Assembly (NCBI GenBank): GCA_963744995.1
Contig: CAVUWA010000004.1
Location: 64,001-128,000 of the forward strand
DNA: 64,000 nt
From: Candidatus Eiseniibacteriota bacterium
Lineage (GTDB): Bacteria > Eisenbacteria > RBG-16-71-46
Reading direction: 5' to 3'
Shown here: in pieces, positions 51,964-60,495 of the stretch
Layout of the letters: the number at the start of each line of letters is the position of its first letter
Position numbering within the stretch: position 1 is the first letter of the stretch
Notes under the pieces: generated by a model
Databases searched by the model: none
Told to the model about the DNA's origin: nothing
What the model saw: only the letters and a program-made list of their open reading frames with translations
Program-made: the position numbers and the translations under genes

Positions 51964-52638
51964 TCACCGGGGGCCGTAGTGCCGCGCGAGCTCGAAGCGC
52001 GCGCTCCAGTCGCCGAACGTGTCGCGGCGGTATTCGATGGCGTTGCCGTTGCGGTGCGCGGTGTCCATGCGGAAGAAGCGGCGATCGAGGTCGAGACCGG
52101 CGCTCCAGCCCGCGACGAGTGGCCGCGAGAACGCGACGCCGGCACCGGCGATCCATTCGTTCACCGGCGCGAAGGTCGCCTCGATGGGGCCCGAGCCCGT
52201 ATCGATCGAGATTTGGTCCGGGTCCCAGGCGACGCGCACCCTGCCGAGGCTGGTGGCGCCCATCACGTCCACGCCGAGCGCGCGGGCGAGCCGCACGCGG
52301 CCGACCGCCTCGAGGCTCGTCAGGTGCACGGCCGAGGTGAACGTGCCCGAAGGCAGCTCGCTGGTCTGCGTGGTCTGCGTGCGCCAGAAGCGCAGCCCCG
52401 CGGCGAGCGCGCCGCGGCCGGCGAGCGCTTCGGCGCCCCATGCGGTGCGCGGCAGCACGTGCCACTGATAGTTCGCGAGGGCCGCGTCGGGCATCGAGGA
52501 GCCGCTCAGCACGCCGATCGAGCACCACCGTCCCGGGTCGGGCGCGGGGACGCCGTCCGCCGCACGCGCCGGGCCCGCGCCGGACACGAGCGCCGCGAGG
52601 GCGAGGGCCACGAGCCGATGTCGGGAGCGCAGGATCAT
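51964..52638 (-). CDS. Probable small outer-membrane beta-barrel protein
   Basis: Signal peptide (ARA-A); amphipathic strands, e.g. WIAGAGVAFSR and WSARFELARHY. Confidence 0.6.
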   Translation of the reverse strand: MILRSRHRLVALALAALVSGAGPARAADGVPAPDPGRWCSIGVLSGSSMPDAALANYQWHVLPRTAWGAEALAGRGALAAGLRFWRTQTTQTSELPSGTFTSAVHLTSLEAVGRVRLARALGVDVMGATSLGRVRVAWDPDQISIDTGSGPIEATFAPVNEWIAGAGVAFSRPLVAGWSAGLDLDRRFFRMDTAHRNGNAIEYRRDTFGDWSARFELARHYGPR

Positions 52639-53300
52639 CACGGCGCCGCCGGCGCCCCGACGGTCAGCGGCAGGCCGACCGGCAGGATCTCGTAGGGGCC
52701 CGAAGGGAACGGCGTGATCACCAGCGAATCGGTGCCGTTACGCAGCCGGATCTCCTCGCCGCTCGCCAGGTACACGAGCAGGAAGGTGCCGGGCGGATTA
52801 CCGCTCGAATCCACGCCCGCCGGCATCGTCGCGGCGAAGTCGAACTGGATTCCCTGCTGCAGGTGATCCCAGCCGGTGATCGCGCGCGTCGCGCGTCCCA
52901 TGGACACCGAGTTCGCGAGGATGTTGTCGATGTCGTACGCCATGCGCTCGCGCGGCGCGTCGGGCGCCACGCGCACCTGGCCGGGCTGCACCGTGCCGGC
53001 GCGCAGCTCGGCCACCGCATACCCGGTGACGATCGCGCGATAGGTGATCTTCGTACTCAGGTCGAAGGTCTGGTACGAGCCCGCGGGCAGCGACTGGAAC
53101 GCCTGGACGTTGGAAGACTCGATGTCCACCCGCGTCCAGCGGTCTTCGAGCTCCGGCTTGCCGAGACACCCGCCGCCGGTGAGCAGCGAGGCCGCGAGCA
53201 GCGCCGCCGCCGCGCGCGCGAGCGCCGCCCCGCGCCCGGGGGCGAGCACACCGCGGGCGCGGGCCGCGCCGCGTGCCAATGCCGGAGACGGCCGGCTCAC
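52638..53300 (-). CDS. Hypothetical lipoprotein
   Basis: Hydrophobic N-terminus ending GGGC; overlaps both neighbouring genes. Confidence 0.7.
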   Translation of the reverse strand: MSRPSPALARGAARARGVLAPGRGAALARAAAALLAASLLTGGGCLGKPELEDRWTRVDIESSNVQAFQSLPAGSYQTFDLSTKITYRAIVTGYAVAELRAGTVQPGQVRVAPDAPRERMAYDIDNILANSVSMGRATRAITGWDHLQQGIQFDFAATMPAGVDSSGNPPGTFLLVYLASGEEIRLRNGTDSLVITPFPSGPYEILPVGLPLTVGAPAAP

Positions 53301-54943
53301 CGCACCAGCACCATCTTGTGGGTGAGGGCGTCGTGGTCCACGTCGAGGCGGTAGAAGTAGATGCCCGCCGCGACGCCGAGGCCGGCGTCGTCGGTGCCGT
53401 CCCAGACGACCTCGTTGAGGCCGGCTGAGAACGTGCGATCGAAGCGGCGCACCACGCGGCCCTGCGCGTCGAACACGCGCAGCGCGGCGTCATGGTCGCC
53501 CGCCGGCAGCACGAACGCGATGCGCGTCGCGGGCATGAACGGATTCGGCGAGTTGCCGAGCAGCACAGGGTGCGAAGGCAGGATCATGGCGCCCTCGCCG
53601 TTCCAGTCGAGCGCGGCGGTCGCAGTTGCGCTCGGGCCGTTCGGATACATCGAGGCCGCGGTCAGGCGCAGGGTGAGGCCGGACGCGCCGCCCGCCGCCG
53701 CAAGATCCTCGGGCGCGAGCGCCAGCGTGTGCGGGCCGGCCGCCAGCGGATCGGTGGTGCGGCGCGCGAGCACTGCGCCGCTCGCCGCGTCGCGCACTTC
53801 CAGCGTCATGCGCGCCTGATCGGTGATCGAGAAACGGGCGACGGGGGCGTCGCCGCCTTCCACCGACAGGCCGCCGATGTCGAGGCCGAGGTTCCACAAC
53901 CGCACGCCGCTCGCGTCGGACCACTGTTCGACGAGCAGCCCCTGCGGCTGGCCGACCCGGGTTTCGACGCCGGTGCGGTGGTCGCGCACGTTGAGGAACG
54001 GCACGTAGAACTGGCGCGGCCGCGTGAGCGCGCCACGCACGTCGGCGATCGGCTCGAGGGCCGCGTTGTACTTGCGCACCACGCCGCGGTTCGGCGCGGC
54101 GGCGTACACGTTGCCCCACTGGTCGGTGTCGAGCGCGGTGACGATGTCGGCATCCGCGGACCTGGAGTCGATCCAGCGGAATGCGCCATTCGCGAAGGTG
54201 AGCCGCACGATGCGCTGGGTGTGCGCGTCGGCGACGTAGACGTCGTTCGTGTTCACGCCCGCGGTGCGGCCGGCGGCAATGGCCATCGGCCCGGCGAAGC
54301 AGTCGCGGCCGCTGCCGAGGGTGCCGAGCGCGGCGAGCTCGCGCGCGCCGTCCATGTCCAGCGCGTAGGCCACGATCCGGTTGTGCCCGGTGTCGGCGAC
54401 GTACAGCACGTCGTCGTCGGGGACGAACGGCGTGCCGGCGTCGGAGATCGCGACGCCGTAGGGACGCGCGAGGCCGCCGATCGCGTAGCGCGGCACCAGC
54501 GAGATGTCGCCGAATTCGGTCACGGCGTCGAACACCAGCACGCGATTGTTGCCGGCGTCGGCGACGTAGACGCGGTTGGCCTCGTCCACCGCCAGGCCGC
54601 GCGGCCCGGCCAAGGCGCCGAAATCGCCGCCCGCACCGTCGTAGGCGTGCAGGCTCTTGCCGACCTCGCCGTAGACGAGGCGGTTCCAGCGCGGGTCCGA
54701 GACGATCTGGAAGCGGCGCGCCTCGAGGTACGGAGCGACGTCGTAGATGTCCACGTTCCCGATCGTCGCCGTGGCGTACGGGTCGGCGAACAGGCTGCGG
54801 CCCACGGTCTGCCGCGCCACGCTGCGGTTCAGGACGTCGATCCCGCTCTCGGGCGCGATCGACGTCGGGTCGAAGGTGCCCGCATGCAGGGTCCCGGCCG
54901 TGATCCACGTCAGACTGATCAGCATCAGGATGTGTCGACGCAC
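53297..54943 (-). CDS. Secreted NHL-repeat beta-propeller protein with a C-terminal FlgD-Ig domain
   Basis: PRGLAVD..VYVADAGNNRV, LYVADTGHNRI; C-terminal NSPNPF..VFDAQGRVVR..WDGTDD..GIYFYRL; GAGGAG SD. Confidence 0.88.
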   Translation of the reverse strand: MRRHILMLISLTWITAGTLHAGTFDPTSIAPESGIDVLNRSVARQTVGRSLFADPYATATIGNVDIYDVAPYLEARRFQIVSDPRWNRLVYGEVGKSLHAYDGAGGDFGALAGPRGLAVDEANRVYVADAGNNRVLVFDAVTEFGDISLVPRYAIGGLARPYGVAISDAGTPFVPDDDVLYVADTGHNRIVAYALDMDGARELAALGTLGSGRDCFAGPMAIAAGRTAGVNTNDVYVADAHTQRIVRLTFANGAFRWIDSRSADADIVTALDTDQWGNVYAAAPNRGVVRKYNAALEPIADVRGALTRPRQFYVPFLNVRDHRTGVETRVGQPQGLLVEQWSDASGVRLWNLGLDIGGLSVEGGDAPVARFSITDQARMTLEVRDAASGAVLARRTTDPLAAGPHTLALAPEDLAAAGGASGLTLRLTAASMYPNGPSATATAALDWNGEGAMILPSHPVLLGNSPNPFMPATRIAFVLPAGDHDAALRVFDAQGRVVRRFDRTFSAGLNEVVWDGTDDAGLGVAAGIYFYRLDVDHDALTHKMVLVR

Positions 54944-54974
54944 GTCCAACTCCTCTTTTCGGGTACACCCACGA

Positions 54975-56114
54975 CTAGAACTTGTAGTCCAGCCCCGTCG
55001 TGAAGAAGCCTGCCGAGTAGTTGTTGCTGTTGAAATAGCGCTCGTAGTCCATTCGCACGGCGAAGCGGCTCCAGAGCGGGTTCGCCGTGAGGTCGTAGAG
55101 GTCGAAGTCGATGCCCGTGCCGAACAGGTGCGACGACAGATCGCCGAGCCGGTAGTCGCCGGTCAGGTAGCCGTCGATCCCGTTCACGCTCACGTACTCG
55201 TCGCGATAGAAGTCGGCATGGGTCTGCGTGTACCAGCGGTGCTCGAAGCGCACGAATACGCCGTGCGTGACGTACTGGCTGAGCCGCGTGCGCAGCTCGT
55301 GCGACGTCACGCCCCAGTCGTCGCTGTAGAAGCGGTAGGCGAACTTGAGACTCGAGCGGTTGCTCAGGTACTGGTGCACCTTGAAGAACGCGTCGCGGCG
55401 CTGGCGGTCGTCCGGGTGCCGCTCGGCGACGTGCGTGCCGCCCGCATAGACGTTGCGATACGGGTTGTGCTGCAGGCCGTGCACCCAGTTGTACTCGACG
55501 CCCAGGCGCAGCAGGGTGGTCGGCGTCATCACGCGGGTTGCGACCGCGTTCCAGTGCAGCGTGCGCTTGGTCGCAGCGCCGCCCTGCGTGTCGTCGTCGG
55601 CCAGCGGGGCGATCGCGTCCCAGCCGTAGCTGGTGCCGAGCGACATGTTGAGCCGCTGGTCGTCGTAGTCGCGGGCGTAGTTGGCCGACAGCTGCTGGCC
55701 CAGGTAGTCGCTCTCCGTGGACAGGTAGTAGCCGAGTTTCGCGCCGCCGTGGCGGATCCCGGTCTGCATTTCGTTGCGGGTCTTCACGAAGTCCTGGTAG
55801 GCGTTGCCGCTGATCGGCCGGCTCGCGGTGGTGATCGCGTCCACCGCCTCCTGGCTGCCGGCCGGCGCCTCGACGCCCGGAATCACCACGCGCTCGTTGT
55901 TCCACTGGAGGTCGACCGCCCAGTCGTCGCGCAGCGCCATCGTGTAGTTGCCGATGTACGAGCGCACCGCGACGTGGTCGGAGTCGACGAACGTGCGCAG
56001 CAGCGTGCCGAGGCTCTGCTCGTCGAACGAAGCGACCGCGCGCGCGGGAGCCGCCCACGCCGCACACAGCGTAACCGCCGCCAGCACCGATGCCGGGGTG
56101 CGGCTCAGTTGCAC
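54975..56114 (-). CDS. DUF3570 family outer-membrane protein
   Basis: VDAITTAS, STESDY, LQHNPYR, ERHPDDRQR, YRFYSDDWGVTSH, YTQTHADFY, TGDYRL; terminal YKF. Confidence 0.85.
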   Translation of the reverse strand: MQLSRTPASVLAAVTLCAAWAAPARAVASFDEQSLGTLLRTFVDSDHVAVRSYIGNYTMALRDDWAVDLQWNNERVVIPGVEAPAGSQEAVDAITTASRPISGNAYQDFVKTRNEMQTGIRHGGAKLGYYLSTESDYLGQQLSANYARDYDDQRLNMSLGTSYGWDAIAPLADDDTQGGAATKRTLHWNAVATRVMTPTTLLRLGVEYNWVHGLQHNPYRNVYAGGTHVAERHPDDRQRRDAFFKVHQYLSNRSSLKFAYRFYSDDWGVTSHELRTRLSQYVTHGVFVRFEHRWYTQTHADFYRDEYVSVNGIDGYLTGDYRLGDLSSHLFGTGIDFDLYDLTANPLWSRFAVRMDYERYFNSNNYSAGFFTTGLDYKF

Positions 56115-56350
56115 GCGCAGCCTCCGCCTTCGCCGCCGTTGCCGCCTGTCGAACCTTCGCGGGCCTCCAGCGACTTGGTCATCATCGCGTCCTTCTTCGC
56201 ATCCGCATCGAACGTCATGATGCGGTCGGTCAGTTTCTCGCGCTGGTAGGCCTGCACGGCGGAACAGCCCGCCGCGCCGGCGCCCAGCGCGACGGCCAGT
56301 GCCAGCCAGACCAGGCGGCGGAACGCATCCATGTTCCTCGGGGTCTTCAT
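56105..56350 (-). CDS. DUF4266 family lipoprotein
   Basis: AAGC-SAVQAYQREKL..M..REGSTGGNGGEGGGCACN. Confidence 0.9.
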   Translation of the reverse strand: MKTPRNMDAFRRLVWLALAVALGAGAAGCSAVQAYQREKLTDRIMTFDADAKKDAMMTKSLEAREGSTGGNGGEGGGCACN

Positions 56351-56997
56351 TCGGAAGCTCCTCGTGCAGGGATCGCCAGCGCCTGCGAGGGCGCGAGCAA
56401 GGCCTCGGTGCGGCGCGCGAGCGCGTCGAGCGCGCCGGCGTCGGAGCCGCTGGTGGTCCACACGACGTTGCCGTCGCGGTCGAGCACCAGCGTGCAGGGG
56501 ATGTGCTGCAGCGCGAGGTCCCGGGCGAGCCCGTCGGGGCCGTCGTGATAGACCGGCAGCGTGAGGCCGTTGCTCTCGACGAAGCGCGTGACGTTGCGCA
56601 GGTCCTCGTCGATCGACACGGCGAGCACGCGCGCGCCACGGCCGGCGAGCGATGCGTTCAGCCGGTCGAGCGCGGGCAGCTCGTGGCGGCACGGCCGGCA
56701 CCAGCTCGCCCAGAAGTTCAGCACCACGACTTCGCCCTGGAGCGAGGCCAGCGGCAGCCGCCGTCCGTCTACACCGGTGAGGACGTGCGAAGCCAGTGCA
56801 CGGCGCATCGCCGCGGCGTCGGCGCCGACCACGCCGGACCCGGCCGCCCGGACCAGCGCGGGCGAGAGCAGCATGAGCGCCAGCAGGGCCGCGCCGGCGC
56901 ATGCGGCCGCGGCGCGGCCCACGCGCCCGGGTTCGAGCGCCGGGACGCCGTGGCGCGCGGCGCGTTGCGACGCGTTCCGGTCGAGGCGGGGCGTCAT
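56347..56997 (-). CDS. TlpA family thiol-disulfide reductase, exported
   Basis: VVVLNFWASWCRPCRHELP; IPCTLVLDRDG cis-Pro loop. Confidence 0.92.
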   Translation of the reverse strand: MTPRLDRNASQRAARHGVPALEPGRVGRAAAACAGAALLALMLLSPALVRAAGSGVVGADAAAMRRALASHVLTGVDGRRLPLASLQGEVVVLNFWASWCRPCRHELPALDRLNASLAGRGARVLAVSIDEDLRNVTRFVESNGLTLPVYHDGPDGLARDLALQHIPCTLVLDRDGNVVWTTSGSDAGALDALARRTEALLAPSQALAIPARGASE

Positions 56998-59012
56998 CAC
57001 TTGTACTGCGCTCCGAGCAGCACCCACAGGTTGAACATGCGTTGCTCCTCGAGGGTCAGCGAGTCCGCACCGGCCGGGTGCGAGCCCATGCCCGCGTGCG
57101 AACCGAGGCCCATGACGTAATCGATCAGCTTCGACCTGCGCGGGAACGCCGGCACGGTGACGTTCGGACCGGTCATGGATTCGCCCGAGAGGTTCACGTA
57201 GGCGCGCGGGAAGATCCGCATCTCCATCGTGGTGTCGGGCACCGCGGTGAGGTCGAGGTCGCCCGGCGCCGCGGTGGTGTCGGTCACCGTGACCCAGCTG
57301 CTGTCCGGCAGCTGCACCTGGCGCGTCGTGTAGGTGGGGTAGTGGCAGGTGACGCACTTGGCCTCGACGATCGGTCCGATGGTCTTCTCGTAGTCGATGA
57401 TCTGCCACTGCGCCGGCGGCAGGTCGAGGTCGTGCGCCGGCATCATGGCCGCCATCGGGTTCGGGTTGGTCGGGAACGGTCCGCCCGCGACGCGGTCCTC
57501 GTGACAGCCGGTGCACTTGTCGAACACCTCGCCCGGCCGCACGTAGATATGCGTGCGCTTGACCACGAAACCGCGGCCGTACGCGTCGAGCGTGGCGAAG
57601 CTGATCGGCGTGTTGGCCGGGACACGGATGTGGAACGAGCCGTCGGACTCGACATGAGCGAACCCGATCAGCGCCCGCTTCTCGAACTCGTTCGCCGAGA
57701 AGTCGTTCATCTCGCCGGCCATGGTCGGCCGCGCCGCGATGACCGCGATGCTGTCGATCGCGTCCACGCCGCGCACCGGGCGTTCCTGGCCGTCGTTGGT
57801 GCCGCGGTTGAACACGTCCTGCGCGATGAACTCGCCATAATCGAGCGAGCGGTCGATCGTCGACGCGATCACCGGCGGCTTCGGGTGCGGCGCCAGCAGC
57901 ACCGCGTCGAACTCGTTCGTGTTCGGATCGTTGTAGAGGAACGTCAGGTTGTTGAGGCTGAACGTGGCCGGATCCTGCACGGTGCCGGCGCCGGTCTCGT
58001 CGAGCGTGAAGGTGTAGAGCGCGTAGTCCGCGTCCTCCGGGGTCGCCGCGGGCAGCGTGTACGACGCGACGAAGCGGTTGCCGCCGATCGGGTGCGGGTA
58101 CTTGAACGCGCCGTAGGGCCACGGTTCGCCGTCGGTGTTGACCTGCGCGGTGAGCCGGTCCCAGTGCAGCGAGTTGCCCGACGTGGCCGGGTCCGCGGGA
58201 CCCTGCTCGGGCTTGAGCATCGCGATCGGACCGGCATCGCCGTTCACCTCGGTGGACTCGATGGCGATGATGCGGCCGTCGGGGGTCGGCACCGCATGGA
58301 AGAAGTTGCGGTTGTGCGGGCCGAACAGGTGGAACGTCCCGGTGCCGTCGGGGTTGGTGACGAACAGCGGGAAGCGGTTGAAGGTGCCGAAGTGCTCCCA
58401 GCGCGTGTACATGATGCGGCCGTTGGGGAGCAGTTCGGGATCGAAGTCGTCGCTCTGGTTGAAGCTGATGCGCTCGATGTTGGCGCCGTCCATGTCGCAC
58501 ACGTACAGGTTCTCGGTGGGCGAGTGGTTGTACTCGTCCATGATCCCGGCGCGCGAGCTCGTGAACAGGATGCGGCCGTCGGGGAGGTAGAGCGGGTCGA
58601 AGTCGTGCCCGCCGCCGCTGGTCACCTGGCGCAGGCCGCTGCCGTCGGCGTGGATCTCCCAGATGTTGCGCCACTGGCCGCCGGAGGGACGCATGGAGAA
58701 CAGGATCTTCGTGCCGTCGAACGAGACGGCCGGGTCCGAGATGCTGGCGCCGGTGAAGTTCGTGATCGGCGTGACCACCCCGTCCGGCGAGATGGGCGAG
58801 AGCTTGAACAGGTTGCCCGCGGCCCAGCTGCGATTGAGCGTCTCCGCGGCGTCCGTCTTCACGAAGACCAGCGCGTCGGTCGTCGTCGCGTCCTGGATGA
58901 GGTCGTCGGGCGCGCTCTCGCGGCACCCGCTCAGGCCGGCCTGCGCGATCAGGCCGACGGCCAGGATTCGAAGAACGGTCCATGGAGTGCCCGGCAGGAG
59001 TCGTTTCAGCAT
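56997..59012 (-). CDS. Hydrazine synthase alpha-related lipoprotein: TolB-like propeller plus two c-type heme sites
   Basis: Lipobox LSGC; DPAVSFDGTKILFSM, HDFDPLYLPDGRILFTSSR, GRIMYTRWE, ESDGSFHIRVPANTP, VRPGE..CTGCH, CVTCH. Confidence 0.8.
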   Translation of the reverse strand: MLKRLLPGTPWTVLRILAVGLIAQAGLSGCRESAPDDLIQDATTTDALVFVKTDAAETLNRSWAAGNLFKLSPISPDGVVTPITNFTGASISDPAVSFDGTKILFSMRPSGGQWRNIWEIHADGSGLRQVTSGGGHDFDPLYLPDGRILFTSSRAGIMDEYNHSPTENLYVCDMDGANIERISFNQSDDFDPELLPNGRIMYTRWEHFGTFNRFPLFVTNPDGTGTFHLFGPHNRNFFHAVPTPDGRIIAIESTEVNGDAGPIAMLKPEQGPADPATSGNSLHWDRLTAQVNTDGEPWPYGAFKYPHPIGGNRFVASYTLPAATPEDADYALYTFTLDETGAGTVQDPATFSLNNLTFLYNDPNTNEFDAVLLAPHPKPPVIASTIDRSLDYGEFIAQDVFNRGTNDGQERPVRGVDAIDSIAVIAARPTMAGEMNDFSANEFEKRALIGFAHVESDGSFHIRVPANTPISFATLDAYGRGFVVKRTHIYVRPGEVFDKCTGCHEDRVAGGPFPTNPNPMAAMMPAHDLDLPPAQWQIIDYEKTIGPIVEAKCVTCHYPTYTTRQVQLPDSSWVTVTDTTAAPGDLDLTAVPDTTMEMRIFPRAYVNLSGESMTGPNVTVPAFPRRSKLIDYVMGLGSHAGMGSHPAGADSLTLEEQRMFNLWVLLGAQYK

Positions 59013-59037
59013 GAAGGATGCCTTCCGATGGAGTGGA

Positions 59038-59649
59038 TCACGGCGCGATCGAGCGGTAGAACGACAACCCGATCGTCTGTTGCACGTAGTCGTAGCCGAC
59101 GACGCCGTCCCGGTCGCGTTCGCTGCCGAACGCGGTCGAGTACTGGACGTCGGCGTGCAGCGCGAGATCGCTGCGGATGTAGAACTCGAGGCCGCCGCCC
59201 GCCGAAAGCATGTTCTTGGTCACCGGGTCGGCGTTGACGGAGCGGCCGGGATGGACGGTGATCATTCCGTAGCCCGCGCTGACGTAGGGCTGCAGGCGTC
59301 CGGGGAGCGGGTGCCGCAGGACCGCGTTGACGCCGTTCAGCACGGCGTCCACCGACTGGCCGGGGTTGTGCGCGATGTACGCCTCGTAGCCGAGCCAGCG
59401 GTTCGGGTTGTACGAGACGCGCAGCGCGAACAGCCGCTCGGTGCCGAGCCGGCCGAACGCCGGGGTCACCGAGAACCGGTGCAGGAACGGGCGATCGCCC
59501 GGCTCCAGGCGGTAGGCGTTCCCGGACAGCTCGGGCACCAGGTGCTCGAGCCCGTCGCCCGCGGCCGCCGGTCCGTCCGCGCGCGCGCCGGGTGGCGCGA
59601 ACGGCACGAGCAGGAGGGCGAAGAGCGCGGCGTGACGCAGGCGGCTCAT
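59038..59649 (-). CDS. Small (about 8-stranded) outer-membrane beta-barrel protein
   Basis: Signal peptide; LQPYVSAGYG, SAGGGLEFYI, TIGLSFY. Confidence 0.8.
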   Translation of the reverse strand: MSRLRHAALFALLLVPFAPPGARADGPAAAGDGLEHLVPELSGNAYRLEPGDRPFLHRFSVTPAFGRLGTERLFALRVSYNPNRWLGYEAYIAHNPGQSVDAVLNGVNAVLRHPLPGRLQPYVSAGYGMITVHPGRSVNADPVTKNMLSAGGGLEFYIRSDLALHADVQYSTAFGSERDRDGVVGYDYVQQTIGLSFYRSIAP

Positions 59650-60125
59650 GGCGAGACCCCGCTCATGATCCAGCCGCGGATCGCCACGTAGTCCGTGTCC
59701 GCCGTGCTCGCGAACGGCTCGTACGGATGAGTCGTCCCGCCCGCAGCGTCGGCGAGCGGCTCGGTGAGGATCGGGCTCTGATCGGGACTGGTGACCGAGA
59801 CCTGAAGGCAGACCTGGTCGAAGTCGAACTGCGCGTCCTTGGCGCCGGGCGGGGAGAGCTGCAGCGTGCCGCGAATGCCGCCGCCGTGGCAGTCGGCCAC
59901 CGCGTCGCAGCCCTGCCGGACGAGGACCGGCTCGACCGTCTGCTGAAACGCCGCGAAGCTCAGCTGCGCGGTCTGCCCACCGGAGGGAGGAGGCGGCGGC
60001 GCGGTCGGCGACGCGCAGCCGCCGTGCACCACCGGCAGCGCCACGAGGGCCAGCCCGATCCAGCGTCTCGAATGGTATCCCGAGCGGGTCGCAGACACGT
60101 GAGTGAAGTCTCCGAGGTCGTGCAC
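59646..60125 (-). CDS. Lipoprotein with an atypical CX5CH putative heme c site; start uncertain
   Basis: VHGGC lipobox; FQQTVEPVL..CDAVADCH..SPIL..H..DYVAIRGWI; ATGA overlap with the next gene. Confidence 0.7.
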   Translation of the reverse strand: MHDLGDFTHVSATRSGYHSRRWIGLALVALPVVHGGCASPTAPPPPPSGGQTAQLSFAAFQQTVEPVLVRQGCDAVADCHGGGIRGTLQLSPPGAKDAQFDFDQVCLQVSVTSPDQSPILTEPLADAAGGTTHPYEPFASTADTDYVAIRGWIMSGVSP

Positions 60126-60261
60126 ATTGCAAGTCCGTCGCGGTGTCCCACGGAACGGTCGACGACCGCCTCCGGCGGGCGTTCACGTTGATCCTTCGTG
60201 CGTTGCGGTCCGCGGGCGGTCGTTCCGTCACACGGCTGCCGAAAACGCGCAGCGTGTTCAG

Positions 60262-60276
60262 GCAAGGAACAGGCCA
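60262..60276 (-). promoter_or_regulatory. Putative sigma54 (-24/-12) promoter for the envelope operon
   Basis: Minus strand TGGCCTGTTCCTTGC = TGGC-N7-TTGC with exact spacing, about 140 bp upstream of the first gene. Confidence 0.55.
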
Positions 60277-60495
60277 CGTTTGTCAGTGGCGCATGACGTC
60301 GGGGCAGCTGGCGCTGGCAGGTGCTCTGACCGTGCAGACCGCACGGCTTGTGCGAAACGCCCCGGGGCATCCGCACCGGAATGGAGGGCGCTCCGGTGTG
60401 GGGCGGGGACCTCCGGTCCGGACGGGGCGCGGCGTCGCCGCCGGCGCAGCGGGCGGTTCAGGGCGGGGTCGGTTGCGAAATGCGCGGCGTGGCGC

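Noticed and set aside
56997..59012. Anammox (true hydrazine synthase) interpretation
   Set aside because: There is no hzsB/hzsC or HAO-family gene nearby, and the protein is a lipoprotein in an envelope operon.
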